DNA from: an uncultured Bacilli bacterium
Lineage (GTDB): Bacteria; Bacillota_I; Bacilli_A; RF39; UBA660
NCBI GenBank assembly: GCA_947626565.1
Contig: CANQSQ010000003.1
Span: 1,518 to 65,517 of the forward strand
DNA length: 64,000 nucleotides
Direction of reading: 5' to 3'
This document shows, one piece after another, positions 1 to 9,147 of the stretch. The notes beneath the pieces were generated by a model. That model did not search any database, was not told the DNA's origin, and saw only the letters and a list, made by a program, of their open reading frames with translations. The stretch's first letter is position 1, and every line of letters begins with the position of its first letter. The position numbers were made by a program, and so were the translations under genes.

Positions 1-1176
1 GGAATATATGGACATTATGCTGTAGATAGAGATTTATCTTTAGAAGAAATAAAAGAAAAGTTAGCTAATGGTGAAGAATATGTTATTAGACTTAAATCAC
101 CAGGTAATAGTAAAAAAGAAGTAGAAATGGTTGATTGTATTAAAGGAAAAATCAAATTTCCGGAATATGATATGGATGTTGTATTATTAAAAAAAGATGG
201 AACACCTACATATCATTTAGCTCATGTAATAGATGATCATTTAATGCATACAACACATGTTATTAGAGGTGATGAATGGGTATCTAGTTTACCTCTTCAT
301 ATTCAATTATTTGAAATATTAGGCTTTAAAAGGCCAGAATATGCTCATATAGCTCCAATTACTATTAAAGATAGTGAAACGGGTACAATTAGAAAACTTT
401 CCAAGAGAAAGGATTTATGGGCCGGTGCAAAGTATTATGAAGAAGAGGGTATTCCTATTGAAGCATTACATCTTTATCTAGCAACAATTACAAATACTAA
501 TTTTGAAGAGTGGTATTTGAATAATCAAGATAAAAGTATAGAAGATTTTACATTTAGTTTTGATAAACAAGCTATTGGAGGAACATCTTTTGATGAGGCT
601 AAATTAAATAATATTTGTAAGACTTATTTTTCACGTAAAAGTGGTGAAGAAGTTTATGAAGAAACTTTAAAATATACGGAAAAATTTGATAAAGAATATC
701 ATAAATTGTTAGTAGAGAATAAAGATTTAATGATTAAATTTTTAAGTATAGAAAAAGATAGTAGTAGACCTCGTAAAGATATAAGTAAGTATAGTGATGT
801 TAAAGAAGAATTCTCTTACGCTATTGATAGTATATTTAAAAAAGAAAATTATAGTAAATATGATGGCAATAAACAATATGATGTTAAGTTAGTAACAGAT
901 TATATAGATAATTATTTAGATTTAGATGTTTCTAATGATGAATGGTTTAGTAAGATAAAAGATTTTGCAAGAGAAAATGGTTATGCTAGTAGTCCTAAGG
1001 ATTATAAAAATAATCCTGAGATGTACAAAGGTCATGTAGGTGATATTTGTGAGGCTATAAGAGTAATTGTTACAGGAAGAGATAAATCACCTGATTTATT
1101 TTCAATAATGAAAATTTTAGGAAAAGAGGATATTAAGAAAAGAATAAGGTTATATGATAATTATTTGAATAAATAG
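1..1176 (+). CDS. gltX: glutamate--tRNA ligase, C-terminal part (5' end outside window)
   Basis: Frame 1 is open from base 1 (GIYGHYAVDRDL...). The listed ORF carries class-I GluRS core motifs HLAHVIDDHLMHTTHVIRGDEWVSSLPLH and the KMSKS-like KLSKRK. Stop TAG at 1174-1176. Confidence 0.9.
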   Translation, partial: GIYGHYAVDRDLSLEEIKEKLANGEEYVIRLKSPGNSKKEVEMVDCIKGKIKFPEYDMDVVLLKKDGTPTYHLAHVIDDHLMHTTHVIRGDEWVSSLPLHIQLFEILGFKRPEYAHIAPITIKDSETGTIRKLSKRKDLWAGAKYYEEEGIPIEALHLYLATITNTNFEEWYLNNQDKSIEDFTFSFDKQAIGGTSFDEAKLNNICKTYFSRKSGEEVYEETLKYTEKFDKEYHKLLVENKDLMIKFLSIEKDSSRPRKDISKYSDVKEEFSYAIDSIFKKENYSKYDGNKQYDVKLVTDYIDNYLDLDVSNDEWFSKIKDFARENGYASSPKDYKNNPEMYKGHVGDICEAIRVIVTGRDKSPDLFSIMKILGKEDIKKRIRLYDNYLNK

Positions 1177-1205
1177 TATTTTTTACTAATTTTTTCAAAG
1201 TTTTG

Positions 1206-1214
1206 TGATATAAT
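1206..1214 (+). promoter_or_regulatory. candidate extended -10 promoter (TGATATAAT) for the cpsCDB module
   Basis: tgatataat at 1206-1214 sits just upstream of the cpsC-like ORF. The same TGNTATAAT pattern recurs in front of many operons in this window. No good -35. Confidence 0.4.
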
Positions 1215-1222
1215 ATGACCTA

Positions 1223-1909
1223 ATGAAAGGGAATGTGGTTATGGAAGAGATTAATTTAAAAGAATTATGGATGTATTTTAAATCGAAAATAGGATTAATT
1301 ATATTACTAGTTTTTCTTGTAATTACAATTGGTAATGCTTTTACAATATTTACAAGAGTACCAATGTATCAAAGTACAACGACGATAGTTTTAGTAAGTG
1401 AAAAAAGTGGTTCAGCAGTTAGTCAAACAGATTTAAATTTAAATAGAAATTTGATTGGAACTTATAGTGAAATTGTTAAAAGTAGAAAAGTTTTGAATAA
1501 GGTTATTGATAATTTAGGAATAAATGAATCAGTAGCGACACTTTCAGCAAATGTAGAAGTTAGTTCAGTTACTAATACTGATATTATAAAAATTACAGTA
1601 AATAATCCGAATAGTGAAGATGCTAAAAATATTGCGGATGAAGTTGCTGAAGTATTTATGGCTGAAATAAAAGATTTGTATAGTTTAAATAATATTAGTG
1701 TTCTTGATAAAGCTCAAAGTTCTTCAGCACCTTTTAATGTTAATTATGTTAAAGATAATGTAATTTATTTAGCTATTGGTTTAGTAATTGGTTTAGGTAT
1801 TACATTTGTAATGTTCTATTTTGATACTACAATTAAAACAAATACAGAAATAGAAGATAAGTTAGGATTAACAGTACTTGGTATTGTACCTAGAGAAGAA
1901 AAGGAGTAG
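1223..1909 (+). CDS. cpsC: capsular polysaccharide chain-length regulator (Wzz/CpsC/YwqC family, BY-kinase transmembrane modulator)
   Basis: Two TM segments (IGLIILLVFLVITIGNAF and VIYLAIGLVIGLGITFVMFYF) flank a soluble loop with YQSTTTIVLV...NLIGTYSEIVKSRKVL typical of the Wzz family. It directly precedes and is translationally coupled to the kinase. ATG 1241 (RBS aaggga) is a plausible true start. Confidence 0.8.
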   Translation: MKGNVVMEEINLKELWMYFKSKIGLIILLVFLVITIGNAFTIFTRVPMYQSTTTIVLVSEKSGSAVSQTDLNLNRNLIGTYSEIVKSRKVLNKVIDNLGINESVATLSANVEVSSVTNTDIIKITVNNPNSEDAKNIADEVAEVFMAEIKDLYSLNNISVLDKAQSSSAPFNVNYVKDNVIYLAIGLVIGLGITFVMFYFDTTIKTNTEIEDKLGLTVLGIVPREEKE

Positions 1910-2646
1910 TGGCTATGGGAAATTCATCAGATTTAATTATTAGTAAAAATCCGAAAAGTATTTTTAGTGAAGCAATAAAGAGTATACGTACCAACTTAGC
2001 GTTTTCTTCTATTGATAAAGAAATTAAGGTAATATTAAATACATCTCCTGAAGCTGGTGATGGTAAGAGCTTTATTTCAGCTAATTTAGCAGTTGCTTAT
2101 GCTCAAGCAGATAAACGTGTTTTAATAATTGATTGCGATTTACGTAGAGGTAGACAACATGAAATATTTGAGGTTATGAATGTAAGTAGTGGTGGTTATT
2201 CAAATTTAATTTTGAATTTTGAAGAAGGTATTGATTTTGCTAATTATATTTCAAGAACAAATGTTAAAGGAGTTCATTTGTTACCTACAGGACCAACACC
2301 ACCAAATCCGGTAGAACTTTTGTCAAGTGATAATAATAAGAGACTTATAGCTCGTTTAAAAAGAATTTATGATGTTATTATTCTTGATTGTCCACCAGTT
2401 TTAGGACTTAGTGATGCTTTAGTTTTAACGCAATTTAGTGATGTTAATTTAGTAGTTGTGTCTGCTAAAAAGACTAAGTTTGAGAATTTAGAGAGAACTA
2501 AGAAACAATTTGAACAAGTAAAAGCAAGTATTGCTGGTGTTATTTTAAATAAATCTTGGTCTAATAAAAATGAGCAATACGGTTATTATTATAATGACTA
2601 TTTCAACGATGATAAAAAAGAGAAAAAGAAAAAAGGTAAGAAATAA
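1909..2646 (+). CDS. cpsD: CpsD/YwqD-type bacterial tyrosine (BY) autokinase
   Basis: Walker A PEAGDGKS, Walker A' LIIDCDLRR, Walker B VIILDCPPV, C-terminal tyrosine cluster EQYGYYYNDYF. Start overlaps the cpsC stop. Confidence 0.9.
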   Translation: MAMGNSSDLIISKNPKSIFSEAIKSIRTNLAFSSIDKEIKVILNTSPEAGDGKSFISANLAVAYAQADKRVLIIDCDLRRGRQHEIFEVMNVSSGGYSNLILNFEEGIDFANYISRTNVKGVHLLPTGPTPPNPVELLSSDNNKRLIARLKRIYDVIILDCPPVLGLSDALVLTQFSDVNLVVVSAKKTKFENLERTKKQFEQVKASIAGVILNKSWSNKNEQYGYYYNDYFNDDKKEKKKKGKK

Positions 2647-3377
2647 TGAAAGATTTGCATTCACATTTGTTATATGGAATTGATGATGGTTCTAAGAGTT
2701 TAAAAGAAAGTCTTGAAATATTAAAAAAGGCGCAAGCAGCTGGTGTTACAGAGATGCTTATTACACCACATTATATTGAAGATAGCAAGTATAATTGTAA
2801 TAATAAAGATAAGAAAAGTATTTTTAATAATTTAGTAAAAGAAGCTAAAAAAGAAAAAATAGATATTAAACTTTATTTAGGCAATGAGATTTATTTAACA
2901 GAAAATATTTTAGAATTAATAGAGAAGGGTGAAATATTACCTTTAAATGATAGTAAATATTTATTAATAGAATTTCCAATGAGTAATATGTTTCATAATA
3001 CGAGTGATTTGTTGTTTTCTTTTATTAATAAAGGATATATTCCAATAATTGCTCATCCTGAAAGATATGTTGTTTTTCAGGAACACCCCGATTATGTTGA
3101 AAAATACTTAAATATGGGTGTATTATTTCAAGGAAATTATATGAGTTTATATGGAAAGTATGGCAGAGGAGCTAAAAAGACTTTAAAAAAGTTATTGAAG
3201 AGTGATTACATCTCTTTCTTAGCTAGTGATATACATCATGAAGATGATGAGTTTAAGTTAGATAAGATAAAAAAACATGTTAAAAGATATGTTAAAGATG
3301 AAGAAAAAGTTAATGATCTTTTAGAAAATAATTTTGATATAGTTGTTAAAAATAAAAACTTTGGAATAAAGAGATAA
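2646..3377 (+). CDS. cpsB: CpsB/YwqE-type PHP-family protein-tyrosine phosphatase
   Basis: N-terminal DLHSHLLYGIDDG, IIAHPERY and ASDIHH metal-binding motifs. ATGA overlap with the cpsD stop. Confidence 0.9.
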   Translation: MKDLHSHLLYGIDDGSKSLKESLEILKKAQAAGVTEMLITPHYIEDSKYNCNNKDKKSIFNNLVKEAKKEKIDIKLYLGNEIYLTENILELIEKGEILPLNDSKYLLIEFPMSNMFHNTSDLLFSFINKGYIPIIAHPERYVVFQEHPDYVEKYLNMGVLFQGNYMSLYGKYGRGAKKTLKKLLKSDYISFLASDIHHEDDEFKLDKIKKHVKRYVKDEEKVNDLLENNFDIVVKNKNFGIKR

Positions 3378-3388
3378 TAATTAATTTT

Positions 3389-3428
3389 AGATGGTCATGG
3401 TATTAAAACTTGACTATCTTTTTTTTGA
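3389..3428 (+). terminator. intrinsic terminator after cpsB
   Basis: Hairpin agatggtca / tgactatct (9 bp, one G-U) with a 13-nt loop, followed by a T9 run. Confidence 0.7.
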
Positions 3429-3500
3429 ATTTTTTATTGAAGTTACTGGCTATAATGGTTAATTATGTTTGCAAATTATGTGATATTTAAGGAAAAATAG

Positions 3501-3520
3501 TACTGGCTATATAGCCAGTA
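3501..3520. repeat. perfect 20-bp palindrome TACTGGCTAT|ATAGCCAGTA (same family as the array at 19476-19657)
   Basis: Read directly: tactggctatatagccagta is its own reverse complement. A half-site ttactggctata lies at 3444-3455. Confidence 0.9.
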
Positions 3521-3653
3521 TCTGGAAGTAAAAAATTGTTGTATTTATGATGAAAAAAGGAAGTTTTTAATTTTATGTATTTCTTTAAAAGATAGTTATT
3601 GAAATTAATTATTATAATGGACTTTATTATTTAAGGTGGATATAATAAAAAAA

Positions 3654-4047
3654 TTATTTATTATTATTGTTTAGAAAATTAGGATTTTTATAATTATCAA
3701 TATTATCATTTACAAAAATAATGCGTATATTATAAAGAGAAAAAATATATTTGAGACATTTTCCTAAAGTTATATAATTTCTTTCTAATCTTGATAGGTC
3801 TTTTATAATTATAATATTTATTCTTTCTTATTTTATATCATTATAATTTTAAGAAAAGCTGATCGATTAAAATCTGTTCTCGTATAACCATCATCAATGT
3901 AATAATCAATTATTTTAATATTTTTTCATGAGCTAGATAAGCTAGTAATAAATTTTTTTGATTAGAAATACTATTGCTTTCTTTTATAGTTTCATCATTT
4001 CTAAATATATGAGCATATATACCAACTTTAAATAATTTACTATTCAT
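3654..4047 (-). pseudogene. decayed serine recombinase (resolvase catalytic domain only, at least 2 frameshifts, truncated)
   Basis: The minus strand reads in three frames. These are MNSKLFKVGIYAHIFRNDETIKESNSISNQKNLLLAYL (4047-3910), IDYYIDDGYTRTDFNRSAFLKII (3910-3833) and NIIIIKDLSRLERNYITLGKCLKYIFSLYNIRIIFVNDNID (about 3821-3654). They match serine-recombinase signatures YARVS..SI.NQ, Y.DDG.SG and KDLSRLGRN. The catalytic Ser position reads Phe, and no recombinase or zinc-ribbon domain follows. Confidence 0.7.
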
Positions 4048-4290
4048 TATACCATTCTTAATTTGATTATTATATTATAAATTAAAAAAATAGAGGTACT
4101 TGTTAAATTATAATTAAAAAGATTAAAATTTAATTTTATAAGTAATTATTGATGTATATTATTGACAATTTTTATTAATTTACATTGTTATTTTCTTTGA
4201 ATTATTTTTATAAAATGATATAATTATTAAGGATATAGTTAATGGATGAAGTGAATGTAATTATTTAGTAATTAAATAACTATATTTTTC

Positions 4291-4319
4291 TTGCCTTTTT
4301 TTATTTAATATGTTATAAT
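4291..4319 (+). promoter_or_regulatory. candidate sigma-A promoter for the glycosyltransferase operon
   Basis: TTGCCT (4291-4296), 17-nt spacer ending in TG, TATAAT (4314-4319). A GCAACA/TGTTGC hairpin at 4324-4348 lies in the predicted leader. A second candidate is TTGAAT-16-TATAAT at 4197-4224. Confidence 0.5.
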
Positions 4320-4539
4320 AACCGCAACATTTATTTAATGGGTGTTGCTTATATCTAATTTAATACAAATAAAAAAAATAAGAAAATGTTTAATAATGGT
4401 GGGAGAGTTGAACATAACATGCAAACATTCAATAAAAAAAAGAATGAAAAGATAGTAGATTTTAAAATAGCAATATTAGGTATCACAGGATGGTGGGCTT
4501 CACATGGACGAAGCTTTATTTTTGGAAAGGAGAATTACA

Positions 4540-5220
4540 ATGGATAATAATGTTGAAAGTATGGAAACTTCTGTAGTAGCTTTTATTACCTTAAAAAAAT
4601 GTATTTATGCTTGTCTTAAAAGATTGTTTGATATTGTATGTGCTCTTATTGGTTTAATTGTTTTAATACCAATAACTATTATCGTAAAAATTTCTTATTT
4701 ATTATCAGGTGATTTTCATTCCATTATTTTTACTCAAAGTAGAATTGGTAAAAATGGAAAAGAATTTAAATTTTATAAATTTAGAACAATGGTTCCCAAT
4801 GCTGATGAAGTTTTATTTAAACTTTTAAAAGAAGATAAAAAGGTAGCCAAAGAATATAAGAAAAATAAGAAATTAAAAAATGATCCCCGTATTACTAGAG
4901 TTGGAAAAATATTAAGAAGAACATCAGTTGATGAACTTCCTCAATTATTAAATGTTTTACTTGGCAATATGACAATGATTGGTAATCGACCATATTTACC
5001 AAGAGAAAAAGAAGATATGGGCAAATATTATAACGATATTATTAAAACTAAACCAGGAATAACAGGATATTGGCAAGTATCAGGAAAAGAGAATACTACA
5101 TTTAATAAACGTTTAGAATTAGAAAGCTTCTATTCTAAAAATTGTGGCTTAAAAATGGATATAAAAATATTTTTTAAAACATTTGGAGCTGTGATTAAAG
5201 GCCATGGAGCAGAAGAATAA
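4540..5220 (+). CDS. initiating undecaprenyl-phosphate sugar phosphotransferase (bacterial sugar transferase / small PGT family)
   Basis: One TM segment, then FKFYKFRTM, DPRITRVGKILRRTSVDELPQLLNVLLGNMTMIGNRPYLPRE and GITGYWQVSG motifs. ATG 4540 has RBS aaggag. The ORF track start at 4504 is in frame upstream. Confidence 0.85.
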   Translation: MDNNVESMETSVVAFITLKKCIYACLKRLFDIVCALIGLIVLIPITIIVKISYLLSGDFHSIIFTQSRIGKNGKEFKFYKFRTMVPNADEVLFKLLKEDKKVAKEYKKNKKLKNDPRITRVGKILRRTSVDELPQLLNVLLGNMTMIGNRPYLPREKEDMGKYYNDIIKTKPGITGYWQVSGKENTTFNKRLELESFYSKNCGLKMDIKIFFKTFGAVIKGHGAEE

Positions 5221-5407
5221 TATTATTAATGAAAAAATATTATATGAAGAAAGATTAGAATTAAAATATTATTATGTTAAAAATATAATTTTGTCTTTAG
5301 AAGTTAAGTATATTTTTGATACAACAAAAACTATCATTACAAAAATGAAGCAAAATAAAGTTAAAAAGATATGCAATTATGTATGTCTTTTTGTTAATAC
5401 AACATGA
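5204..5407 (+). pseudogene. probable relic: 3' fragment of a second sugar-phosphotransferase gene
   Basis: The 67-aa ORF contains YEERLELKYYYVKNIILSLEVKYIFDTTKTIITK. This aligns with the C-terminus of the intact upstream enzyme (FNKRLELESFYSKNCGLKMDIKIFFKTFGAVIKG). No catalytic core and no RBS. Confidence 0.45.
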
Positions 5408-5456
5408 AAAATACTAAAATATAAAAGAATATTATTAAAATAAGAGGGGTAACTAT

Positions 5457-6641
5457 ATGAAACTTTTATTTATTCAAGGCGGAAGTAAATGGAAAATCGA
5501 TACTGAAAATAATTTATATACCGATTCTAATTATAACGAGGATATTTGGAATAGATATTTGAGCTATTGTGAAGATTTAACTGTTGTTTTGAGAAAAGAA
5601 AGCAAAGTCTATTCTCCAGAAGTTGCTAAAAAGAGTTTTAATTTTTTTAATAAAAAAAATAAAAAGTTTGTTTTGTTGGATGATCTTTATAATCCTAAGA
5701 AAAACTATATTAATTTAAAAATAAGAGGTAGAATAAAAAAAGAAATTAAAAATTTAATTAGAAATTCTGATAGAATTATAATACGTTCTTTAGGAAATTA
5801 TTATACAAATTATGCTATTAAAGTTGCTAAAAAATTCAATAAAATATTTTTGGTTGAGGTAACAGGATGCATTTTTGATGGATATTGGAATCATGGCATT
5901 TTTGGCAAATTAATAGCTTTTCCACAAGAATGTAATTATAAACGACTAATTAAAAATTCTCCATATACTTTATATGTAACTGAAAGTTTTTTACAAAAAA
6001 AGTATCCAGTATTAAATAAAAAAATAAGCTGTTCTGATGTTTATGTAGAAATTGATGAAAATGCATTAAGTAATAGAGTAAATAAAATAGAGAATAAGCC
6101 TAAAAAAATAGTAATTGGAACTATTGGCCAAGTTGATTCAAAGTTAAAAGGTCAACAAAATATTATCAAAATTATAAAAAATATTGAAGAAAAATTAGAT
6201 GTAAAAATTGAATATCAATTAATAGGAAAAGGAAATAACAATAGGTTGTTAAATTTAGCAAAAAAATATAGAGTTGAAAATAGGGTTAAATTTCTAGGTC
6301 AAGTTCCTCATAAAGAAGTTTTAAAATGGTTAGATAATATTGATATATACATACATCCTAGTTATACAGAAGGACTTTGTAGATCAATTATAGAAGCAAT
6401 GAGTAGAGCTTGTCCAATAATATGTTCCGATGTTGGTGGAAATTATGAATTAGTAGATAAAGAGTATTTGTACAAAAAAAATAATTTGAGTCAATTGATT
6501 GATAAAATAGAAAAAATTTTAAAACCTGAGAATATGAGAAGTCAGGCAATAAGTAATTTTGAAAGTTCAAAAAAATTTTCTAATGAATCTTTGTCTATGC
6601 GAAGAGATGTCTTCTATAAAGAATTTATAAATAATAATTAA
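5457..6641 (+). CDS. glycosyltransferase family 4 (GT-B)
   Basis: C-terminal GT1/GT4 signature PSYTEGLCRSIIEAMSRACPIICSDVGGNYELV. RBS agagggg upstream. Confidence 0.8.
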   Translation: MKLLFIQGGSKWKIDTENNLYTDSNYNEDIWNRYLSYCEDLTVVLRKESKVYSPEVAKKSFNFFNKKNKKFVLLDDLYNPKKNYINLKIRGRIKKEIKNLIRNSDRIIIRSLGNYYTNYAIKVAKKFNKIFLVEVTGCIFDGYWNHGIFGKLIAFPQECNYKRLIKNSPYTLYVTESFLQKKYPVLNKKISCSDVYVEIDENALSNRVNKIENKPKKIVIGTIGQVDSKLKGQQNIIKIIKNIEEKLDVKIEYQLIGKGNNNRLLNLAKKYRVENRVKFLGQVPHKEVLKWLDNIDIYIHPSYTEGLCRSIIEAMSRACPIICSDVGGNYELVDKEYLYKKNNLSQLIDKIEKILKPENMRSQAISNFESSKKFSNESLSMRRDVFYKEFINNN

Positions 6642-6681
6642 ATAGAAAGGAAGAAACTATAATAAATAGTTAGGAAATATT

Positions 6682-7782
6682 ATGAAGGGTTATTTTATTT
6701 GTATTGTTGTAACACTTGTATTATCTTTTTTTGCTGACTTAAGTTTTAAAAAGGGACGAAAAAAAATTAGTATATTTTTTTTAATCTTTGCTGGTTTAGT
6801 TATGTCAGCCTTTGCAGGAGTTAGAAGTGATAGTGTTGGTAGAGACATTAAGAATTATGTATCGCCATTATTTTATAATTTTTTAAGTGGGCGTAGTATA
6901 ATTGAAGTTTATAATATTTTTGGTAATGAGATTGGATATACCATATTAGTTTATATTTTTTCACTTTCTAAAAATTTAAATTTTGTTCTATTTGGTATAG
7001 AACTTGCAGTTGTTTTTCCAATTTTAATTTATTCGTACAAAGTTAAAGATAAAATTAGTATGACTTTAAATATTTTTATTTTTTTAATGATAATGTATAG
7101 TTATTCATTTAGTATGATGCGCCAAAGTATTGCAATAAGTATTGGGATTTTATCACTTTATTATTTTAGAAATAATTGTAACAAGAAAGGATTTTTATGT
7201 ATTTTGCTTGCTTATTCATTTCATAGGACTGCAATAGCTCTAATATTTATATACTTGTTTGTTAAAAATATCTTTTACTTCAAAAAATATAATTATTTAC
7301 TACCAGTTACCTTTTTATCAGTTGTTTCATTATTTTTAATTATAATTATTATTTCATTTTTGCCTTTGAAATATTCAATCTATATAAATAATGCTAATTA
7401 TATAACATCTTTTAATATTTTAAGTTTTGTAAAAATTGCAATATGGCTTTTACCAATTTTTTTCTTAATTAATTTGATAAAAAATAAGGATTCTATAAAG
7501 TTTAAGGATTTAAAGTTGTCAATTATTTTGATTATATTTAGCATAGTAATTTATTTAATTGGAATAGAGGTACCTACATTTTCTAGATTATCACTATATT
7601 TTTCTGACATAGCTTCATTTATTTATATACCATATTTAGTAAAATGTACAAATCCAAAAGTAATTTCATTGATATCATTTTCAATTATTTTAATATTTCT
7701 TTGGTGGCATATGATTACTAATGATAAAAGTGCCCAAATTTATCCTTATAGATCTGAATTGGTTAGTTTTTTAAATGAGTAA
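6682..7782 (+). CDS. EpsG/Wzy-like polysaccharide polymerase (multi-pass membrane protein)
   Basis: About 10 predicted hydrophobic segments. RSDSVGRDIKNY and MMRQSIAISI match EpsG-family features. The locus also has a Wzx and a Wzz/BY-kinase. Confidence 0.65.
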   Translation: MKGYFICIVVTLVLSFFADLSFKKGRKKISIFFLIFAGLVMSAFAGVRSDSVGRDIKNYVSPLFYNFLSGRSIIEVYNIFGNEIGYTILVYIFSLSKNLNFVLFGIELAVVFPILIYSYKVKDKISMTLNIFIFLMIMYSYSFSMMRQSIAISIGILSLYYFRNNCNKKGFLCILLAYSFHRTAIALIFIYLFVKNIFYFKKYNYLLPVTFLSVVSLFLIIIIISFLPLKYSIYINNANYITSFNILSFVKIAIWLLPIFFLINLIKNKDSIKFKDLKLSIILIIFSIVIYLIGIEVPTFSRLSLYFSDIASFIYIPYLVKCTNPKVISLISFSIILIFLWWHMITNDKSAQIYPYRSELVSFLNE

Positions 7783-7870
7783 TTGTAGTTAGTAATTATA
7801 AGTTTAGTGAAATAATTTGAAACATAAATGATTATGCACCATGAATAAGGTGGGAAAGAGTGAGTGTAAT

Positions 7871-8968
7871 ATGAAAAAAATTTTATTTTTTATTCCAACA
7901 CTTCTTGGTGGTGGGGCAGAAAAAGTTCTTGTAAACATGGTTAATAGCATTGATAAGAGTAAGTTTGATGTAACTGTTATGACACTCTGCAATGTTGGAA
8001 TAAATATTCAATACTTAGATGATGATGTTAAATATAAATATGTTTTTAAAAGAAATATTAAAGGAATAAGACACTTGTTGAAGCTTATTAAACCTAAAAA
8101 GTTATTTAAGAAATATATCACTGATAAATATGATACCATTGTTTCTTATTTAGAAGGACCAACTACTAGAATTGTATCTGGTTGTACTAATAATACTAAA
8201 CTTATTGCTTGGATACATACTGAAAATACTAAAAGCTTTGATATTGCATTTAGAAATAAAATAGAAATGATTAATAGTTATCATGCATATGATAAAATTA
8301 TATGTGTTTCAAATGATGTCTTAAAAAGTTTTAATAATTATACTGATTGCCAATTTGAAAAAAAACTTTTAGTGATAAAGAATATTTCAAATCCATTTGA
8401 GATAATAAAGTTATCAAAAGAAAAAGTGAATTTTAAATTTTTAAATAAAATTTTTAAAATTATTATAGTTGGTAGATTAGATAAAAATAAAGCTCAAGCT
8501 AGGATGGTTAATATTATTAAAAGGTTAAATGAAGAAGGTTTTTCTATTGAACTTAATATTTTGGGTGATGGTGTTGAAAAAGAAAACATAATTAATTTAA
8601 TTAATAAGAATAATATTTCTAACATAAAGTTGTTGGGATATCAGAGTAATCCATATCCTTTCATAGCTAATTCAGATTTGTTCATATGTTGTTCACACAA
8701 AGAAGGCTTTAGTACAACAACAATAGAGGCATTAACATTAAATGTTCCCATACTTACTACTGATTGTTCTGGTATGAGAGAAATTCTTGGTAATAATGAA
8801 TATGGTCTTATTGTGCCTGATAATGATGATGAAATATACAAAGGAATTAAGAAATATATTCAAGATAAGGCTTTTTTTAAAAAAATAGAGAAAAATCAAA
8901 GTAAAAGAATTGTTAAAATGAAAGATGAATTTAAACAAAATGTTTGCTCAATTCAAAATATTTTATAA
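7871..8968 (+). CDS. glycosyltransferase family 4
   Basis: MKKILFFIPTLLGGGAEKV N-terminus and HKEGFSTTTIEALTLNVPILTTDCSGMREIL C-terminal motif. The ORF track start at 7841 is in frame upstream. Confidence 0.8.
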   Translation: MKKILFFIPTLLGGGAEKVLVNMVNSIDKSKFDVTVMTLCNVGINIQYLDDDVKYKYVFKRNIKGIRHLLKLIKPKKLFKKYITDKYDTIVSYLEGPTTRIVSGCTNNTKLIAWIHTENTKSFDIAFRNKIEMINSYHAYDKIICVSNDVLKSFNNYTDCQFEKKLLVIKNISNPFEIIKLSKEKVNFKFLNKIFKIIIVGRLDKNKAQARMVNIIKRLNEEGFSIELNILGDGVEKENIINLINKNNISNIKLLGYQSNPYPFIANSDLFICCSHKEGFSTTTIEALTLNVPILTTDCSGMREILGNNEYGLIVPDNDDEIYKGIKKYIQDKAFFKKIEKNQSKRIVKMKDEFKQNVCSIQNIL

Positions 8969-9071
8969 CTATATCAATTATTTATTTAGTTAAATAGTAA
9001 AATGCAATTTATATTAAATTAATGAAAAACAAGAGAAAATGTAATTTTTTCTTTAAAAAAATTATAAATAA

Positions 9072-9080
9072 TGATATAAT
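9072..9080 (+). promoter_or_regulatory. candidate internal extended -10 promoter (TGATATAAT)
   Basis: tgatataat lies in the 180-bp gap before the GT2 gene. Confidence 0.35.
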
Positions 9081-9147
9081 ACCAGCTATTATTATTTATG
9101 TATTCTGAAACTTATGTTTATTTGATTGTGAGAGGAATGGTATTTAA

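Noticed and set aside
4419-4545. 41-codon ORF (MQTFNKKKNEKIVDFKIAILGITGWWASHGRSF...) in the leader of the glycosyltransferase operon, possibly a relic Rossmann N-terminus
   Set aside because: The resemblance to a GxxGxxG dinucleotide fold is too weak and short to support. RBS spacing is poor, so it is treated as non-coding leader.
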